A DNA stretch of 64,000 nt, from NCBI GenBank assembly GCA_016873755.1, contig VGWB01000001.1, positions 3,387 through 67,386 on the forward strand, given 5' to 3'. The notes below the pieces were generated by a model. It had not been told where the DNA came from, did not search any database, and worked only from the letters and a program-made list of their open reading frames with translations. Source of the stretch: Ignavibacteria bacterium. Lineage in GTDB: Bacteria; Bacteroidota; Ignavibacteria; UBA10030. Positions 62,739-64,000 of this stretch are shown here, in pieces. How positions within the stretch are numbered: position 1 is the stretch's first letter; the number at the start of each line of letters is the position of its first letter. Position numbers and translations under genes: made by a program.

Positions 62739-64000
62739 ATGGAAAAATCCTTAATCATCGTTGAGTCCCCATCCAAGGCGAAGACTATCAACAAATACCT
62801 TGGGAAAGACTACGTTGTCGAAGCATCGGTGGGGCACATCAAGAATTTGCCGAAAAGCAAACTTGGGGTAGATGTTGACAATGGCTTCGAGGTGACGTAC
62901 GAATTCATCAAGGGGAAAGACGAGGTCATCAAGAAGCTCCGAGATAAGGCGGCGAAGGCAAAAGAGATCTATCTGGCAACTGATCCTGACCGGGAGGGGG
63001 AAGCGATCGCGGCTCACCTCGCAGACGAAATCAAGCCTGCCAACAAGAGAATCAAGCGCGTCCTCTTTCATGAGATCACCGCTGCAGGTGTGAGAGAGGG
63101 GATGCGCCATCCGAAGAAGATCGATACGCATCTTGCGCTGTCACAACAAGCCCGCCGAGCGATGGATCGCATCGTGGGGTACAAGGTGAGCCCGTTTGTC
63201 TGGAAAACCTTCTACTACGGCCTGTCTGCGGGACGCGTGCAATCAGTCGCGCTGCGGCTGATTTGTGAGCGGGAAGAGTTGATCAGGGGTTTCGTTGCAG
63301 AGGAATACTGGTCGATTACGGGTGAGTTTCAGACGGTTCAAAGCGAGCCGTTCCTGGCGAAGTTGACCAGGGTGGCGGGCCAAGAGCCCCGGATTCCCGA
63401 CGAAACGACGATGAAGGGATACCTGGGGGAGATCGAAAAGCAGCGCTTTGAGATCACGGGTGTAGAGCGAAAGCCCGTGAGGCGAAATCCGCCTGCGCCG
63501 TTCATCACCAGCACATTGCAGCAAGAGGCCGCCCGGCGCCTGCGCTTCTCGACGAAGCGGACGATGATGCTTGCACAGAGACTGTACGAAGGTGTCGAAG
63601 TGGGGGAGGAGGGCCTCACGGGACTTATCACGTACATGCGAACGGATTCGACGCGGCTGAGCGCGGAGGCGATTACTCACGTCCGTGAGTACATCTACGC
63701 CAACTACGGAAAAGAATACGTGCCGAAGGAGCCTCGCCTGTTCAAGAAAGGGAAATCCTCCCAGGACGCGCACGAAGCCATTCGTCCGACATCCCTCAGA
63801 CTGACGCCGAAAGTGGTCAAGAGGTATCTCGACAAAGAACTGTACCTTCTCTACGAGCTGATTTGGAACCGGTTCGTGGCCTGCCAGATGACACCGGCCG
63901 AGTTTGAACAAATCTCGGTCGACGTGACAGGCGGGGAGTACCTCTTCCGTGCCACGGATCAGCGGCCGAGATTCAGGGGCTTCCTGCAAGTATACGACGA
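62739..64000 (+). CDS. topA: DNA topoisomerase I; 5' portion, continues past the window end
   Basis: A TOPRIM domain 'SLIIVESPSKAKTINKYLG...ATDPDREGEAIAAHL' and the topoisomerase IA region 'LSQQARRAMDRIVGYKVSPFVWK'. The frame is still open at position 64000. Confidence 0.9.
   Translation, partial: MEKSLIIVESPSKAKTINKYLGKDYVVEASVGHIKNLPKSKLGVDVDNGFEVTYEFIKGKDEVIKKLRDKAAKAKEIYLATDPDREGEAIAAHLADEIKPANKRIKRVLFHEITAAGVREGMRHPKKIDTHLALSQQARRAMDRIVGYKVSPFVWKTFYYGLSAGRVQSVALRLICEREELIRGFVAEEYWSITGEFQTVQSEPFLAKLTRVAGQEPRIPDETTMKGYLGEIEKQRFEITGVERKPVRRNPPAPFITSTLQQEAARRLRFSTKRTMMLAQRLYEGVEVGEEGLTGLITYMRTDSTRLSAEAITHVREYIYANYGKEYVPKEPRLFKKGKSSQDAHEAIRPTSLRLTPKVVKRYLDKELYLLYELIWNRFVACQMTPAEFEQISVDVTGGEYLFRATDQRPRFRGFLQVYD

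Noticed and set aside
1-64000. CRISPR arrays, tRNA/rRNA genes, transposases, integrases
   Set aside because: There are no short regularly spaced direct repeats, no cloverleaf-like conserved tRNA ends, and no rRNA-conserved segments in intergenic regions. No ORF shows DDE, tyrosine or serine recombinase motifs. The window appears to be core chromosome and not a mobile element.

Overview
The window is 64 kb of gene-dense chromosome with about 58-60% GC; almost every gene is on the + strand. A giant secreted protein carries the conserved C-terminal sorting domain of type IX secretion (T9SS) cargo proteins ('NYPNPFN...' tail). That places the organism in the Fibrobacteres-Chlorobi-Bacteroidetes (FCB) group, e.g. 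Bacteroidota-, Ignavibacteriota- or Rhodothermota-like. Three intergenic promoters fit the TTGACA-N17-TAnnTT consensus, so it uses canonical sigma70-type promoters. No rRNA, tRNA, CRISPR array, transposase or integrase was found. Contents: (i) 0.2-14.1 kb, an atypical amino-sugar/mannoside catabolic locus; (ii) 14.4-24.7 kb, an accessory surface module; (iii) 24.8-28.4 kb, a Na+/solute symporter translationally coupled to a membrane-anchored amidohydrolase; (iv) 28.5-52.8 kb, housekeeping genes interrupted by a degenerate chorismate-synthase remnant; (v) 52.9-57.0 kb, two paralogous Cys-rich secreted/lipoproteins in tandem upstream of a TonB-dependent receptor; (vi) 57.1-64 kb, a C-terminal-processing peptidase, a secreted hypothetical protein, a gamma-carbonic-anhydrase pseudogene, a metallo-beta-lactamase (MBL)-fold hydrolase, a candidate small RNA or peptide, ybeY, smg and the 5' part of topA. 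The locus in (i) contains a ROK-kinase fusion protein, an acyl carrier protein, an ADP-forming acyl-CoA synthetase, two nagB paralogs, a DUF4954-like protein, an isopropylmalate-synthase-like DRE-TIM enzyme, nanE and a GH38 alpha-mannosidase. The module in (ii) is an 1866-aa T9SS cargo protein with DNA-level tandem repeats, followed by a small membrane protein and two secreted caspase-like (C14) proteases. The housekeeping block in (iv) includes prmC, dtd, comEC, the methylmalonyl-CoA mutase catalytic subunit, recO, htrA, trpS, scpAB, rluB, malQ and lysS. Most long minus-strand ORFs in the six-frame track are antisense artefacts of the GC-rich + strand genes. All functional calls come from reading the translated ORFs for family motifs, not from database searches.
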